Shown: positions 27,811 to 42,636, numbered from the stretch's first letter. The stretch: DNA of 64,000 nucleotides from Octopus vulgaris (GCA_951406725.2 OX597820.1:18414001-18478000), one strand, 5' to 3'. The notes: a model not told the origin generated them from the letters alone. Made by a program: numbers and translations.

Positions 27811-28428
27811 GAATTAATTTCCAAAAAAAAAAAAAAGGAGAAAGAGAGAGAAAGCGATAAAGAAGGAAGATTGAAAATGAAAAGGGCCATTGTGGATTTT
27901 TGTCTGTAACGAAACGTAGTATAAATTAAAAATGTCATGATGGATTTCATGTTTATCAATTGAGTCATCAGTCGTAAAAAAAAAGTTGTTTAATTCATTA
28001 TTGAGAAAATATAGAACTGAACAGAGGAAATATTGGAGAGATTATTATTATTATTATTTTTTTTTTTTTTTTTGGAAATTAGTCTTTTGCTAATTTGCAT
28101 ATTGCTGGAAACAGTCACAGCTTCCAGATGATATAATGTTTTTTTGTTTGTTAGTTTATATATATTTTTTTTCATTTGTTTGTTTTTTTGTTTGTTTGTT
28201 TGTTTGATTTTTTTCTTTTCCCCCATTCCTGGTTTGTTTGGGTTTTGAATTAGGATTAAGGAAAAAGGAAAAAAAACATGGTGATTCAAAAGACTCATAT
28301 AGATATGTGATGTACGCACGCATATTTATGTGTGTGTGTGTGTTCAAAAGACTAGTTATAAAATAACAATAAGCAACTTCATGTTGATCTTTTCACTAAA
28401 CCCTATATAAAAATGCATGAATCATTAA

Positions 28429-28527
<99 letters not shown>

Positions 28528-28645
28528 ATATATATATCTGGCTTCCCAGATCCCCGGTCAAACCGTCAACCCATGCTAGCATGGAGAACGGATGTTAAAC
28601 GATGATGATGATGATGATGATATATATATGTGTGTGAGTATGTGT

Positions 28646-28960
28646 GGAGGCACAATGGCCTAGTGGTTAGGGCAGCGGACTCGTGGTTGTAGGATCACGG
28701 TTTCGATTCCCCGACTGGGCGTTGTGAGTGTTTATTCAGCGAAAACACCTAAAGCTCCACGAGGCACCGGCAGGGAGTGGTGGCAATCCCTGCTGTACTC
28801 TTTCGCCACAACTTTCTCTCACTCTTTCTTATGTTGGCCTGCTCACTTAGCCAACAGGGTGGCGGTATTTGAAGTCTAAAACAATGCGAAGCGCATTGTG
28901 ACCAGCATCTGATATGTAGCAATATCTGATAGCCTGGTCGGTCACGGTGATCACGGTGAT
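28646..28960 (+). mobile_element. SINE family C (tRNA-derived)
   Basis: A box TGGCCTAGTGG, B box GGTTTCGATTCC, 3' (CACGGTGAT)2. A second copy lies at 56175-56476 (-) and a partial one at ~45380-45600. Confidence 0.75.
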
Positions 28961-29359
28961 ATATATATATATACATGAGTGGCTGTGTGGTAAGTTGCTT
29001 GCTTACCAACCACATGGTTCCGGGTTCAGTCCCACTGCGTGGCACCTTGGGAAGGTGTCTTCTACTATAGCCTCAGGCCAACCAAAGCCTTGTGAGTGGA
29101 TTTGGTAGACAGAAACTGGAAGAAGCTCATCATATATGTATGCATATATATGTGTGTGTGTGTGTGTGTGCATATGTTTGTGTGTCTGTGTTTGTCCCCC
29201 CAACATCTCTTGACAACTGATGCTGGTGTGTTTATCACCCTGTAGTTTATAGATCTATGAACTAAAGTTTAAAATCTGTATTATGAAAACATTAATAATA
29301 AATTAAACTGATTAGAACTACCAGGGAAGTCATTCTTTTACTTTTTTCAAATATATATA

Positions 29360-29395
<36 letters not shown>

Positions 29396-29419
29396 ATAGA
29401 TATAAAATTATTATTATTA

Positions 29420-30570
29420 AAATTATTATTATTATTATTATTATTCTATGTTTGACTTTTGCTTTATGTCTGTACAAGTTGGCTCCAAGTCTCACCCAGA
29501 GACCCCAAGAGACAACAGGTTGAAAGTTCACATTGTTGTTATGCCTAGTGTGCCATATATTTGTTTTTTTTTGGTGTTGTACTAGTGAATGTCTAATACA
29601 TAAAAAAAAAAAGTTTGTTTTAAACCTCGGGATTAGATAGAGAGTATTTTGTGTAGGATATGAGCAGTTCCCATGAACACTATCTTTAGAATTTCTGCCA
29701 TTTTGAGGTTTCCTGGTATCTGAGTTAGGTAGCAGTCAGTCCCTTTCGCTATATTTCCCAGGGCACCTATGACAACAGGTATTGTTTTAGTCTTCAGCTT
29801 CCACATTTTGCTGATTTTTATTTCAAGATCTCAGTTTTTGGTAGGTCTTGACAGATACGTTTATATCGATTGGGACAGTCATATCAATGAGGAGGCATGT
29901 TCATTGTCTGAAGTCTTTCAATATGAGGTCTGGCCTGTTTGCATCTATCTTTCTGTCAGTTTGAATGGTGAAGTTCCAGAGGAGTGAGATGTGGTCATTT
30001 TCAAGCACTGGGGGTGGATTGTGTTCCCACCAGTTTTTTTCATGGGGCAAATCCAGGTTTTTGCAAATTACCCAGTGAATACCCAGTGCAGCTCTATCAT
30101 GCCTGTTGAGGTACTCTGTAGGCGCTAGAAGACTGCATTTGGAGACAACATGATCAATGGTTTCATTTTGTTGTCGGCATACACGACATGTTGGGCTACT
30201 GCCGTTCTTTAATATGTTGGCCTGGTAGTTTCTTGTTGGTAGGCATTGATCTTGAGCTGCTATGATAAACCCTTCTGTTTCAGATTTTAAGCCAGAGGCC
30301 ATTAGCCATTGATGGGTCAGGGCTTTGTCAATATCTGCATTATTCGCTCTCTTTGGGTATTTGCCATAGAGAGGTTTTTCTTGCCATTTATTATTCAGAA
30401 TATCTAAGGCCACAGTTTTGGCATGGGTTTTCATGCGCCTAGCTTTTTCTGCGCTTTTTTCTTGTATGTCTATCTCTAATTCCGAAATTGGTTGTATTCG
30501 GAATTCACTTAGATATTCCTTTGCCTGTTTTGTTACTGAGTATGATGCTTTCTTGTTTTCATGTTTTGAG
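29420..30570 (-). mobile_element. R4/Dong-like non-LTR retrotransposon 3' fragment (CCHC + restriction-like endonuclease)
   Basis: 'GLKSETEGFIIAAQDQ', 'CRVC..ETIDHVVSKC', 'RHD', 'NRPDLIL'; flanked by (ATT)n tracts. Confidence 0.85.
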
Positions 30571-30574
30571 ACAA

Positions 30575-30615
<41 letters not shown>

Positions 30616-32114
30616 TTTTCTTCTTTTAGTTTTGATTCTGTTTCTTGCCAAGTGTCTTCCCGACACCTAGTGCATAGAAACTCACTGTATACATAGGTAG
30701 ACCATTACCATAAACACACCAGATTGCTTGTTCACAAAGTCAAGTTATGTGACAGAAGAAAAAGAAAAAAAAAGGAAAAGAAAAAAAAAGGAAAAGAAAA
30801 AGAATAAAGTGTGAAATGAAAGAAAAAAGGAAAAGAGGAAAAAAGAAAATAGAAAGAGAAAGAAAATAAAAAATAAAGAAATAAAAAGATAAAAGATTCA
30901 CATCGACAAAGCTCTTATGAATACATGTGATGTACCAGTTAAAACAATCTTTTGCAGAGTGGTTGATGTTAGGAAGGCATCCAACCGTAAAAACCCTGCA
31001 TCCAGCTGTAAAAATCATACCAAAATTAACCTTGCCTGTGCTAGTGCCAAGTTAAAAGCACTGAGTCTACTCTGTGGAATGGTTGGTGTTAGGAAGGGTA
31101 ACCAGCTGTAAATATCACTGCCAAAACAGAGTAGCATAGGGTAGTTTTTCTCCCTTGCCAGCTCTTGTGATCTGTCCTACCCTTGCATGCATGGAATATG
31201 GACATAAAATGATGCTGTTGCTGCTGCTACTGCTGCTGCTGATATATACATACAACAGGCTTCTTTCAGTTTCCCGTCTACCAAATCCACTCACAAGAAT
31301 TTGGCCGGCTTGAAAGCTAAAGTAGATGGCACTTGCCCAAGGTGCTCCTGGAACCATGTGATTGTGAAACAAACTTCTTACCAAACAGCCATACCTGTGC
31401 ATAAATATACTCTTTTTCTTTTATTCTTTTACTTGTTTCTATCATCTGACTGCGGCCATGCTGGAGCAACGCATTTAGCTGAACAAATTGACCCCATGAT
31501 TTATTCTTTGTAAGCCTAGTACTTATTCTATCGGTCTAAGACCAGTCCCCAAAACCACTGAACCATGACAGACTAGCCGAGAAACAAAAACATCTTTTTA
31601 ATTTCACATTTCTCTTCCTTTCCTCCACCCCAACCAACCTCCCACACTGTCCCTTAAAATAGCAAACATTCCTTAGCTTCATACAAGACAAAAAAAATGC
31701 CAAAAAGACAGGTTGGTTCCTCTCCAATTTTTTTGTAAATTCTTAAATATATCTTCTTCTGTGAATATATATATATACTACCAAACAAACATTATTTTTA
31801 TTGAACTCCTAATACTTTTTTGTTGAATACTTCCTTAAATACTTTCATGTAAAGTATTTTTAACATTTTCTTATTATTATCAAAGAATATATACGTATTT
31901 TAATACCTTTGTGATAACCAGTACTTAACACAACAAAGCTTATGCAAAGCTTTACATTTTACTTTTGACAATCTTTTTCTAAAAAAGTGAAACCAGTCAA
32001 GTAAATAAACATCTTTAAAATTGCATTTCAAACCTTTTTCATATATATTTCCACTCGTGTGGTATCTTACAACTTTACTTAGTTTTATATATATATACAC
32101 TTATATATATATAT

Positions 32115-32181
<67 letters not shown>

Positions 32182-32360
32182 ATATAACACACACTTATAT
32201 ATATACACTTATATATATATATATATATATACAAGATATATATATATATACAGTATATATATATAAATATATTGATAGAAATGGTAAGACAACAAAAAAG
32301 AATGAAAGAGACCTCGATATTATGTAAATAGAGGAATTTCTCTGTAATTATTTGGTAGCC

Positions 32361-32424
32361 ATGATAAAACTCCGAGTTTCGGATGTCAGAACGGAAACTC
32401 ATGCTGGCATCTCTTCAGTTAGCA
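32361..32424 (-). ncRNA. Hammerhead ribozyme-like motif in a PLE-type terminal repeat
   Basis: TGCTAA-CTGAAGA-GATGCCAG..CTGACATC-C-GAAA-CTC-G-GAG-TT-TTATCA. Confidence 0.55.
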
Positions 32425-32994
32425 GGCCATTAAAAAAACTGCTATGAAAATGGCCGTTAAGCAAAGGGAAATTACTGTGTAATTGACCATTATTAAGAAA
32501 AAAGAGCTATTTGAATGACCGCTAAGTAAGGGAAGGAAGTAAGGGTAAGGGAGTAAAAATCACATAAGCGGGCATGTCCATACATACACACCCACATACA
32601 TGTGCCTATAAGTATATACTCATCCACCCTCACTTGAAACGCACACATGCTCACCCACACATTCGCACATAAAAAGCACCATCCAAACATGGCTGATGCC
32701 AGCACTGCTTTGATTGGCTCCTGTGCTGGTGGCATGTAAAAGCATCATCCAAGCGTGGTCGATGCCAGCCCCCTCTGGCCCTTGTGCTGGTAGCATGTAA
32801 AAAAAGCACCCATTACATTCTCAGAGCGGTTGTCTTAAGGAAGGGCATCCAGCTGTAGAAATACTACCAGATCCGACTGGAGCTTGGTGCAGCCTCAAGG
32901 CTTCCCAGACCCCAGTTGAACCGTCCAACCCATGCCATCATGGAAAACGGAGGTTAAACGATGATGATGATAAATATATATATATATATATATA

Positions 32995-33760
32995 TGGCCG
33001 TTTGCCAGCTCTGCCTGGCCCCGTGTCGGTGGCACGTAAAAGCACCATCCGTTTGTGTTCGTTGCCAGCCTCGCCTGGCCCCGTGCCGGTGGCACGTAAA
33101 AGCACCATCCGTTTGTGTTCGTTGCCAGCCTCGCCTGGCCCCGTGTCGGTGGCACGTAAAAGCACCATCCGTTCGTGGCCGTTTGCCAGCTCTGTCTGGC
33201 CCCGTGTCGGTGGCACGTAAAAGCACCATCCGTCCGTGTCCGTTGCCAGCTTCGGCTGGCCCCCGTGCCGGTGACACGTAAAAGCACCGTCCGCTCGTGG
33301 CCGTTTGCCAGCTCTGTCTGGCACCCGTGGCGGTGGCACGTAAAAGCACCATCCGTTCGCGTCCGTTGCCAGCCTCGGCTGGCCCCCGTGCCGGTGACAC
33401 GTAAAAGCACCGTCCGTTCGTGGCCGGTTGCCAGCTCTGTCTGGCCCCGTGTCGGTGGCACGTAAAAGCACCATCCGTTCGTGTCCGTTGCCAGCATCGC
33501 CTGGCCCCGTGCCGGTGACACGTAAAAGCACCATCCGTTCGTGGCCGTTCGCCAGCTCTGTCTGGCACCTGTGCAGGTGGCACGTAAAAACACCCACTAC
33601 ACTCGCGGAGTGGTTGGCGTTAGGAAGGGCTTCCAGCCGTAGAAACACTGCCAGATCTGACTGGGCCTGACGAAGCCTTCCAGCTTCACAGACCCCAGTT
33701 GACCCGTCCAACCCATGCTAGCATGGAAAGCGGACGCTAAACGATGATGATGATGATGAT
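32995..33760 (+). mobile_element. RTE 3' UTR with ~10 tandem ~60-62-bp units
   Basis: Unit GCCAGC..GGCCCCGTG(T/C)CGGTGGCACGTAAAAGCACCATCCGTT.., followed by the RTE terminus and (GAT)n tail. Confidence 0.85.
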
Positions 33761-33853
33761 ATATACATATGTTCCTACATCTGCGTATGCATGTATACAT
33801 ACATATATATACATATCCATACATACATGCATATATATATATTCACATATATA

Positions 33854-33900
<47 letters not shown>

Positions 33901-33997
33901 GCATAATTATAAATAATGCATGTATACATAGATACATACAAATATATACAATCATACACATGCACTCATACACACACGTACGTATAAAGGCATAAAG

Positions 33998-34032
<35 letters not shown>

Positions 34033-34482
34033 TATACAAATATTTAATCTGACAATTTCTCGACCTTTCTTTTCCTTTTCTTCTTTCTTTCCCTTTCTTT
34101 CACTTTCACTTCTCTACAACGAACCCAAAACAAAACAGTGTGTAAAAACAAAAAACAAAACAAAAACAAAGAAAGCGATGAAAAAGAATGGAGAAAGAAT
34201 AGAAATAAAAACCAAAAAAAAAAAAAGAAAAAAAAGCAAGAAACGATAAACAAAAAGAAAATATTACACGCGGAAGAAGGAATAAATCTATTAGTTTCTA
34301 AAGGAGATTTTCATATCATTGAGTGCCAACCATATTCCTGAGACTACTTTATGACAACTGTCAATACCGTTTCCGAAGGTTAATGTAAGAACATTATCCA
34401 TATTGTAGCTCTTCAACTACAAGTGTCAAAGTACTCTTTGTGGATCAACAGGGACAAGGGAAGGTTTAACAGCTGCAAAGAG

Positions 34483-34517
<35 letters not shown>

Positions 34518-34553
34518 CGTGTGCACGCATGCGTGTGTGTATGTATATGTATG

Positions 34554-34594
<41 letters not shown>

Positions 34595-34658
34595 GTGTGT
34601 GTGTGTGCATGTGTATATATATATATGTGAGTATGTGTGTATGTATATATATACACAC

Positions 34659-34695
<37 letters not shown>

Positions 34696-34727
34696 TGTAT
34701 ATATAATATATATGTATGTATATGTAG

Positions 34728-34758
<31 letters not shown>

Positions 34759-34846
34759 CATATATACATACATATATATAAATATATAAGTATATATTGA
34801 TGTATATATATATATATGTATATATGTATATATATATGTGTGCATG

Positions 34847-34884
<38 letters not shown>

Positions 34885-35464
34885 GATATACATACATATA
34901 TTCAAAGAGACATGCTTATAAAATTATAATATATATATTCATGATTCATTCTTTCTGTTAATTTCATTCTCATTGGTTATAACACTGACTAACTTAATTA
35001 GTCGTCAAGCGATCTCATTGAATAAATATCTCGTTTAGAAGAATCAAGATGTACTCTGGATGTGTCATGTGTATCCGTTTATCAGTTAAATGCACATGTA
35101 TATATGCACATGTATATATGCACATGTTTATAAGTGTCTGTGCACTGTGTGAATAGTGCATATGTATGTGTGTGTGTATATATAAGGCGCAGGAGTGGCT
35201 GTGTGGTAAGTAGCTTGCTTACCAACCACATGGTTCCGGGTTCAGTCCTACTGCATAGCACCTTGGGCAAGTGTCTTCTACTAAGGCTGCGGGCCGACTA
35301 AAACCTTGTGAGTGGATTTGGTAGGCAAAAACTGAAAGAAGCCCGTCGTATATATATGTATATATATATATATTTGTGGGTGTGTTTGTGTGTCTGTGTT
35401 TGTCCCCACCCCACAATATCGCTTGACAACCGATGCTGTCCAACTACTGTATATACACTTATAT

Positions 35465-35624
35465 ATCTCTTTTACTCTTTTACTTCATGCTGGAGCACCG
35501 TCTTTAGTTGAGCAAATCAACCCCAGGACTTATTCTTTGTAAGCCTATTACTCTTTTGCTGAACCGCTAAGTTACAGGGACGTAAATACACCAGCATCAG
35601 TTGTCAATCGATGTTGGGGGACAA

Positions 35625-35659
<35 letters not shown>

Positions 35660-35823
35660 CGACGGGCTTCTTTCAGTTTCCATCTACCAAATCCACTCAC
35701 AAGGCTTTGGTCGGCCTGAGGCTATAGCAGAAGACACTTGCCCAAGGTGCCATACAGTGGGACTGAACCCGGAACCATGTGGTTGGGAAGCAAACTACTT
35801 ACCACACAGCCACTCCTGCGCCT
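35465..35823 (-). mobile_element. SINE family A (a second copy on + at 35185-35437)
   Basis: Consensus match in reverse orientation. Confidence 0.8.
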
Positions 35824-35825
35824 AT

Positions 35826-35826
<1 letters not shown>

Positions 35827-35857
<31 letters not shown>

Positions 35858-37250
35858 TTAGCATCCGTTTTCCATGCTAGCATGGGTTGGAGTTTAACTG
35901 GGGTCTGTGAAGCCGGAAGGCTTCATCAGGCCCAGTCAGATTTGGCAGTGTTTCTACGGCTGGATGCCCTTCCTAACGCCAACCACTCCGCGAGTGTAGT
36001 GGGTGTTTTTTACGTGCCACCTGCACAGGTGCCAGACAGAGCTGGCACAATGGCCACGAACGGATGGTGCTTTTACGTGTCACCAGCACGGGGCCAGCGA
36101 TGCTGGCAACGAACACGAACGGATGGTGCTTTTACGTGCTACCAACATGGGGCCAGACAGAGCTGGCAAACGGCCACGAAAGGACGGTGCTTTTACGTGT
36201 CACCGGCACGGGGGCCAGCCGAGGCTGGCAACGAACACGAGCGGATGGTGCTTTTACGTGCCACCGACACGGGGCCAGACAGAGCTGGCAAATGGCCATG
36301 AACGGACGGTGCTTTTACGTGTCACCGGCACGGGGCCAGCTGAGGCTGGCAACGAACATGAACGGATGGTGCTTTTACGTGATGGTGCTTTTACTTGCCA
36401 CCGACATGGGGGCCAGACAGAGCTGGCAAACGGCCATGAGCGAATGGTGCTTTTACGTATCACCGACACAGGTGCCAGACGAGGCTGGCAGCGGACACGG
36501 ATATATGATTTGATTTTGATTGTTCTCACTGGTCTTGCCGGGTCTTCTCATGCACAGTATACTTCCACAGGTCTCGGTCTCTGGTCATTTCCTTGGTGAG
36601 ACCTAGAGTTCGAAGGTCGTGCTTCACCACCTCGACCCAGGTTTTCCTGGGTCTACCTCTTCCACAGGTCCCCTCATCTGCCAGGGTGTGGCACTTTTCA
36701 CACACCTATCTTCGTCCATTCTCGCCACATGACCATACCAGCGCAATCGTCTCTCTTGCACACATCTGATGCCTCCTAGGTCCAACTTTTCTCTCAAGGT
36801 ACTTACACTCTGTCGACTATGAACACTGACATTACACATCCAACGGAGCATATTAGCTTCATTTCTTGCGAGCTTACGTAAATCCTCAGCAGTCACAGCC
36901 CAAGTTTCACTACCATGTAGCATGGCTGTACGTACACATGCATCATACAGTCTGCCTTTTACTTTGAGCGAGAGGCCTTTTGTCACCAGTAGGGGTAAGA
37001 GCTCTCTAAACTTTGCCCAGGCTATTCTTACTCTAGCAGTTACACTTTCAGCACACCCACCCCCGCTACTGACTTGGTCACCTAGGTAGCGGAAGCTATC
37101 AACTACTTCTAGTTTTTCTCCCTGAAACGTGATAGAAGTTGGTCTCTGCATATTTTCAGAGTTTATTGCTCCTGAGCATCTGCCACAGATAAAAACTATT
37201 TTCCTAGTTAGTCTTCCTTTGACATTACTACATCTCTTATGTGTCCATAG

Positions 37251-37253
<3 letters not shown>
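35827..37253 (-). mobile_element. 5'-truncated RTE-clade LINE (second copy, frameshifted)
   Basis: KLWTHKRC..FRYLG..LHGSETW..RRLRWYGHVARM, expanded 3' UTR repeats, (GAT)n tail; the 5' end abuts (TA)n. Confidence 0.9.
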
Positions 37254-37299
<46 letters not shown>

Positions 37300-37819
37300 G
37301 GATTGTCTATGTTCAGTCCACTGCAGGACAAAGACCTCAGCATGTTCTCTCCACCAATCATCTGATATAGAAGCATCAAATTTGAGCTTGAGATCATATT
37401 GGTTTGATGAGCCTACTCTGCCACACTGGCTCGACATGGCTTAGTAGAAGGGTGCAGTTTTCTGTACTCATACCAGGAATAATTAAGTCCATTACATTGA
37501 CCCTCGTGCTTAATGGGTACTTATTTTATCAAACCCTCATAGGAGAAAGGCAAAGTAGACCTCAGTAGCATTTCAATATGTTGTATATAACTGTAAAATA
37601 AAAACAGTGGATGTACAGGTCATTATTATTATTGTTGTTATTATCAATATTATTATACACTTTAACGAAACTTTACAGTCCTGAAGAGGACACACGGAAT
37701 TACCCAATGAACGAATTTACCAGTGACTAACAATTCATTGTAAGCATTAGCATCAGATACTGACCACTGTGGTTAGCCTGCATCTAGGACCAAGCAGAGA
37801 GCTAACATAGTATCTCCCT

Positions 37820-37869
<50 letters not shown>

Positions 37870-38013
37870 ACAAATTCACTTTTATATATACATATACGTA
37901 TACATATAAATAACAATATATATATATGTATATATATGAATGTATGTATATATGTATATAGACATATACATATATACATTCATATAGACGCAAGCACATA
38001 TACATATACATAC

Positions 38014-38137
<124 letters not shown>

Positions 38138-38425
38138 ATATTATAACACTATGTTTATTATATTTCAAAGGTTATCTACACCTTGCAAGGTGTTTCATCT
38201 GTCAGACATCAGAGCTGCATCAAGATCCATCACAATGTAGGATAGAGGATTTTACATCCGCTGCTTTGATCATTCTGGTCTCAGCAACACGGCTACACTG
38301 TCCCCTGGGGATGAAACTTAATGCAAGTCGTAAATAAACTATACAGACACGTACCCACACCCACACCCAAACATACACACACACACACACACTAATACAC
38401 ATACATACAGATACATATATATGCA

Positions 38426-38998
38426 CAGACATGCAGGAAGTAAATAGACACCTTTAAATTTTCAAAATTTCTGATCTAAGCATCTTAATGTTTTCTGCAG
38501 TGTAGAATTTACAATGTAATTATTCTTTTTCATTCCAGGTGCCCTTATATTAAACATTTGCGAAGAGTAACCATTCCACACACAGAAAATTCAGCAGAAC
38601 TGTCAGATTTTCAAAGGGGTTGTATTGTTAAGCAATCTGAGGCTGGTCTTAGCCAGCGAAAAATTGCCGAATATCTTCAAATTCCTCTAGCTACTGTTAA
38701 TAGAATTATAGTGCAATTCAAAAGCCAAGGAAAAGAATCAACAGATTCTTTTCCCGGCCGACCTGGTCCCTCGGAAAGGAAGTTTCGCTGTTTGAAGAGA
38801 ATTGTGGAAAATGAACCCCATTTGAAGGCTTCTGACATTGTAAAACAGCTAGAAGTTAGTCCAAGAACGTGTGTTACATATCTGCAAAAGCTTGGGTATT
38901 ATGGACGAGCAGCTAGAAGGAAACTTGTCCTTCAACCAATTAATATCAAATAAAAGATTTTGAAAATTAAAGGTGTCTATTTACTTCCTGCATGTCTG
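38426..38998 (+). mobile_element. Internally deleted Tc1-like transposon
   Basis: ~42-bp TIRs CAGACATGCAGGAAGTAAATAGACACCTTTAA.., TA at the right end. The ORF at 38558-38953 encodes a paired-like HTH (ELSDFQRGCIV..GLSQRKIA..TVNRII..GRP) but no DDE domain. Confidence 0.85.
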
Positions 38999-39214
38999 TA
39001 TATATATATATATATACTCGTGGCCGATGCCAGCACCGCCTCGACTGGCTTCCGTGCCGGTGGCACATAAAATACACCAATCTGACCGTGGCCGTTGCCA
39101 GCCCCGCCTGGCACCTGGCTCATGAGGGCATCATCCAAAAATGTTGCTTTTCAAGTTTATGAAAGCACTAGTTTGTGAGATAAACATCTAATCCATGCCA
39201 GCAAGAAAACAGAT

Positions 39215-39550
39215 AAGCGATATAGCATATCCTGGTGACAACAGGATCAAAGATAAAGAAGAAAAACTAAACAACCACGATGGGAAATAATCAATTTCTG
39301 GGCAATGTAGAGAGTGGACACGATAGCAGTGGTAGTGGGCATACTCAGAGATATCAGCATTCCATGACCAACATGGCTCAGAAAGTTTGGTAGAAATGTA
39401 AAGACAGAACAGATACAGAAGTTGTCATTTGCTTGGAACTGCAATTCTTCTCCGCAGGGTTCTTGAAGCATGATCAGTGAGCAAGTGTCACCCTAGCCTG
39501 CGGGCCGTGGGCAGCTGACACTTTCCATCATACCCAGTAAAATAAACAGT
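39215..39550 (+). mobile_element. Decayed R4/Dong-like LINE 3' end
   Basis: 'IAYPGDNRIKDKEEK', 'TEQIQK..LLGTAILLRRVLEA*'. Confidence 0.6.
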
Positions 39551-39869
39551 GAGTTTTCATCATCATCATCACCATCACCACCACCATCATCACCATCATT
39601 AGCACCATCATCATCATCATTATCATCATCATCACCACCACCACCACCACCACCACCACCACCACCACCACCACCACCACCAACATCATCATCATCACTA
39701 TCACCACCATCATCATCATCATCATCATCATCATCACCACCACCATCATCACCATCATTAGCACCATCATCATCATCATTATCATCATCATCACCACCAC
39801 CACCACCACCACCACCACCACCACCACCACCACCACCACCACCACCAACATCATCATCATCACTATCAC

Positions 39870-39904
<35 letters not shown>

Positions 39905-40453
39905 CCACCACCATCATCACCATCATTAGCACCATCATCATCATCATCATCCTCATCATTACCACCACCACCACCACCCACCACCACCATCATCATCATC
40001 CTCATCATTACCACCACCACCACCACCACCACCACCATCATCATCATCATTTAACATCTGCTTTCTATGCTGGCATGGGTTAGATGGTTTGACTGGAGCT
40101 GGCATGCTTGAAGGCTGCACCAGGTTTCAATCGGATTTGGCATGGTTTCTATGGCTGGATGCCCTTCTTAGCATGCCAACTACTCCAAGAGTGTAATAGC
40201 TGCTTTGCATGTGCTACAGGTGCTTTTACATGCCACTGGCACATGTAATAATATCAATAATGATAATAATAATAACGATGATAATAATAATGATGATGAT
40301 GATAATTTTGGCACAAGGCCAGCAATTCTGCAGTAGGAGCAAGTTGATTACATTGCTACCTCCACCCCTCCAAGAGCTCAGCTGGTACTCGTTTTGTCAG
40401 CCCCCAAAAAGACTAAAGGTAAAATTGACCTTGGTGCAATATGAACTCAGAAC

Positions 40454-40532
<79 letters not shown>

Positions 40533-40745
40533 CAGCAGCGGCAGCAGCAGTAGTAGTAGTCGTAGCAGCAGCAACAACAGCAGTAGTAGTAGTGGTAGCA
40601 GTAGTGGTAGTAGCAGCAGCAGCAGCGGTGGTAGTAGTAGTAGTAGTGGTAGCAGTAGTAGGACCAGCAATAATAATAGTAGCAGCAAGAGTAGTTGTAG
40701 TAGTCGCAGCAGCAGCAGCAGTAGTAGTTGTAGTAGCAGCAACAA

Positions 40746-40817
<72 letters not shown>

Positions 40818-40856
40818 ATAATGAATAATGAATAATAAAAATGGTTTGTGATGATG

Positions 40857-40901
<45 letters not shown>

Positions 40902-41805
40902 GAGTAGCAATGCTAATTCTTTGATTGTTATTATGGCATTTTTTGGCGAGATGGTAGAGAAGAATGCCATTGAAATAATATTAATTTGAAGTGTCTTTGA
41001 TAGTTTCTGAAATGAAATGGTAGAAACCTTATAATTATCTGTTAGTTCAATCTTCATATTGTCATCAGAATCAATGTTTTATTTTGCACAAACGGTGAGG
41101 ACATAGATGTGACATATGTCTCAGAAACCAGCCTGTAAAACATGGTGCCTGTTTATCCTAAGTAGATAAAGTATTTATCTGACGAACAGGTCTTACAAAA
41201 CGTTGTCGTCGTTGCTGATGTTATTGTTGTCGTTGTTGCTCTTGTTTGTCATCATTGTTGTTGTTGGTGGTGATGATGGTGGTGGCAGAGGTGGTAGTAG
41301 TGGTGGTGGTGGTGGTGGTGGTGGTGGAGGTAGGGGGCGTGGGGCCGGGAGATGGCAGCAGTGTGGGTGGAGTTTGTTAGTGCCTCAGAAATACAATTTG
41401 ACGGTACACTGCCGCAAGGCATGGAAAAAAAAAGATTTTTTTTTCTCTTTGTTCAATAAATTGGAGTGCAATATGTATTTTATCAGAAAACTCCAACAAC
41501 GACAACAACACTAACAATAACAACAACAACAACAACAATAGAAATGAAACAATTTGAAAACCAAACCAAACAAACAGGAATAAAATAAAATAAATAAGCA
41601 GATAAATACATTTATATATATATATATATGTATGTATATATATACACGCACACATATATACATATAATATATATACATATATATATATATATATGTATAT
41701 GTACATACAGCTATATATGGAGATATATATATATATAGAGAGAGAGAGAGATATAGATATATACATATATATATGTATGTAAGTATGTAAGTATACACAC
41801 ACACA

Positions 41806-41841
<36 letters not shown>

Positions 41842-41899
41842 TATACACAAATATATGCATGTGCATATATGTGTGTGTGTGTGTGTGTGCATATATATA

Positions 41900-41945
<46 letters not shown>

Positions 41946-41950
41946 GATTG

Positions 41951-41981
<31 letters not shown>

Positions 41982-42636
41982 TATTTATACATATCTATCT
42001 ATCTATATATATATATATATATATATGTATACATACATATATATGCATATGTATGTATATGTATGTATACAAGTTTCCATTCAAAGAATAGAACAATGAA
42101 GATAGTAAAATGTGTAGCTGGCATCAAAGTAAAAACTATCCAACAACAGAGTCTAGTTCCTTATTACAGCAGTATGGTAAACAACGCATTAGCTTGTCGG
42201 AGTAGGTGGTACAAACAGAATTCTAAAGCAGACAAGTAGACAGTAAAATATGGTAAACAATAACTTTTTCGCGAACAATGTAATCAGCACAAAGAAAAGT
42301 TCTTTGCGGTAAATAGTGTCGGAATATAGAAAATAGAAGATAATAGAAGCAAGCATATTGGTGAAAATGATACGTGACAGAAACTAGTGCAATGCAGGAA
42401 AATGGTAGATTGTGGAAAAGTGACATTTGAGAAAATTATTCATTAGAGGAAAATAGTGTATTAGATAAAACTACATGGGGAAAGTATATTGAAGAAAAAT
42501 AGTGTTTTATAGGGATAGGAAACAAAAAAAAAAAAAAATTTGAAAGAAAAAAATATATAAACCTTTCAGAGAAGATAGTACATTAGAGAAAGTACACAAC
42601 AAACTCTATTAGTGAATAATAGAACCTTATAAGTAA

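Noticed and set aside
27935-27975. CTGATGA...GAAA on the minus strand as a hammerhead
   Set aside because: No convincing stems I-III. CTGATGA/CTGAAGA hits at ~6703, ~14420, ~18686, ~37681, ~62521 and ~63138 were dropped for the same reason or for lack of GAAA.
32995-33595. CRISPR-like regular repeat array
   Set aside because: The units are fully tandem with no unique spacers, there are no cas genes, and the array is continuous with the RTE 3' terminus.
32895-33711. 200-260-aa repetitive ORFs
   Set aside because: They are stop-free frames of the RTE 3' UTR tandem repeat.
39493-41057. Poly-D/G, poly-S and poly-L ORFs (also 46866-47511, 53643-55629, 61908-62565)
   Set aside because: They are trinucleotide repeat fields open in several frames, with no complex flanking coding sequence.
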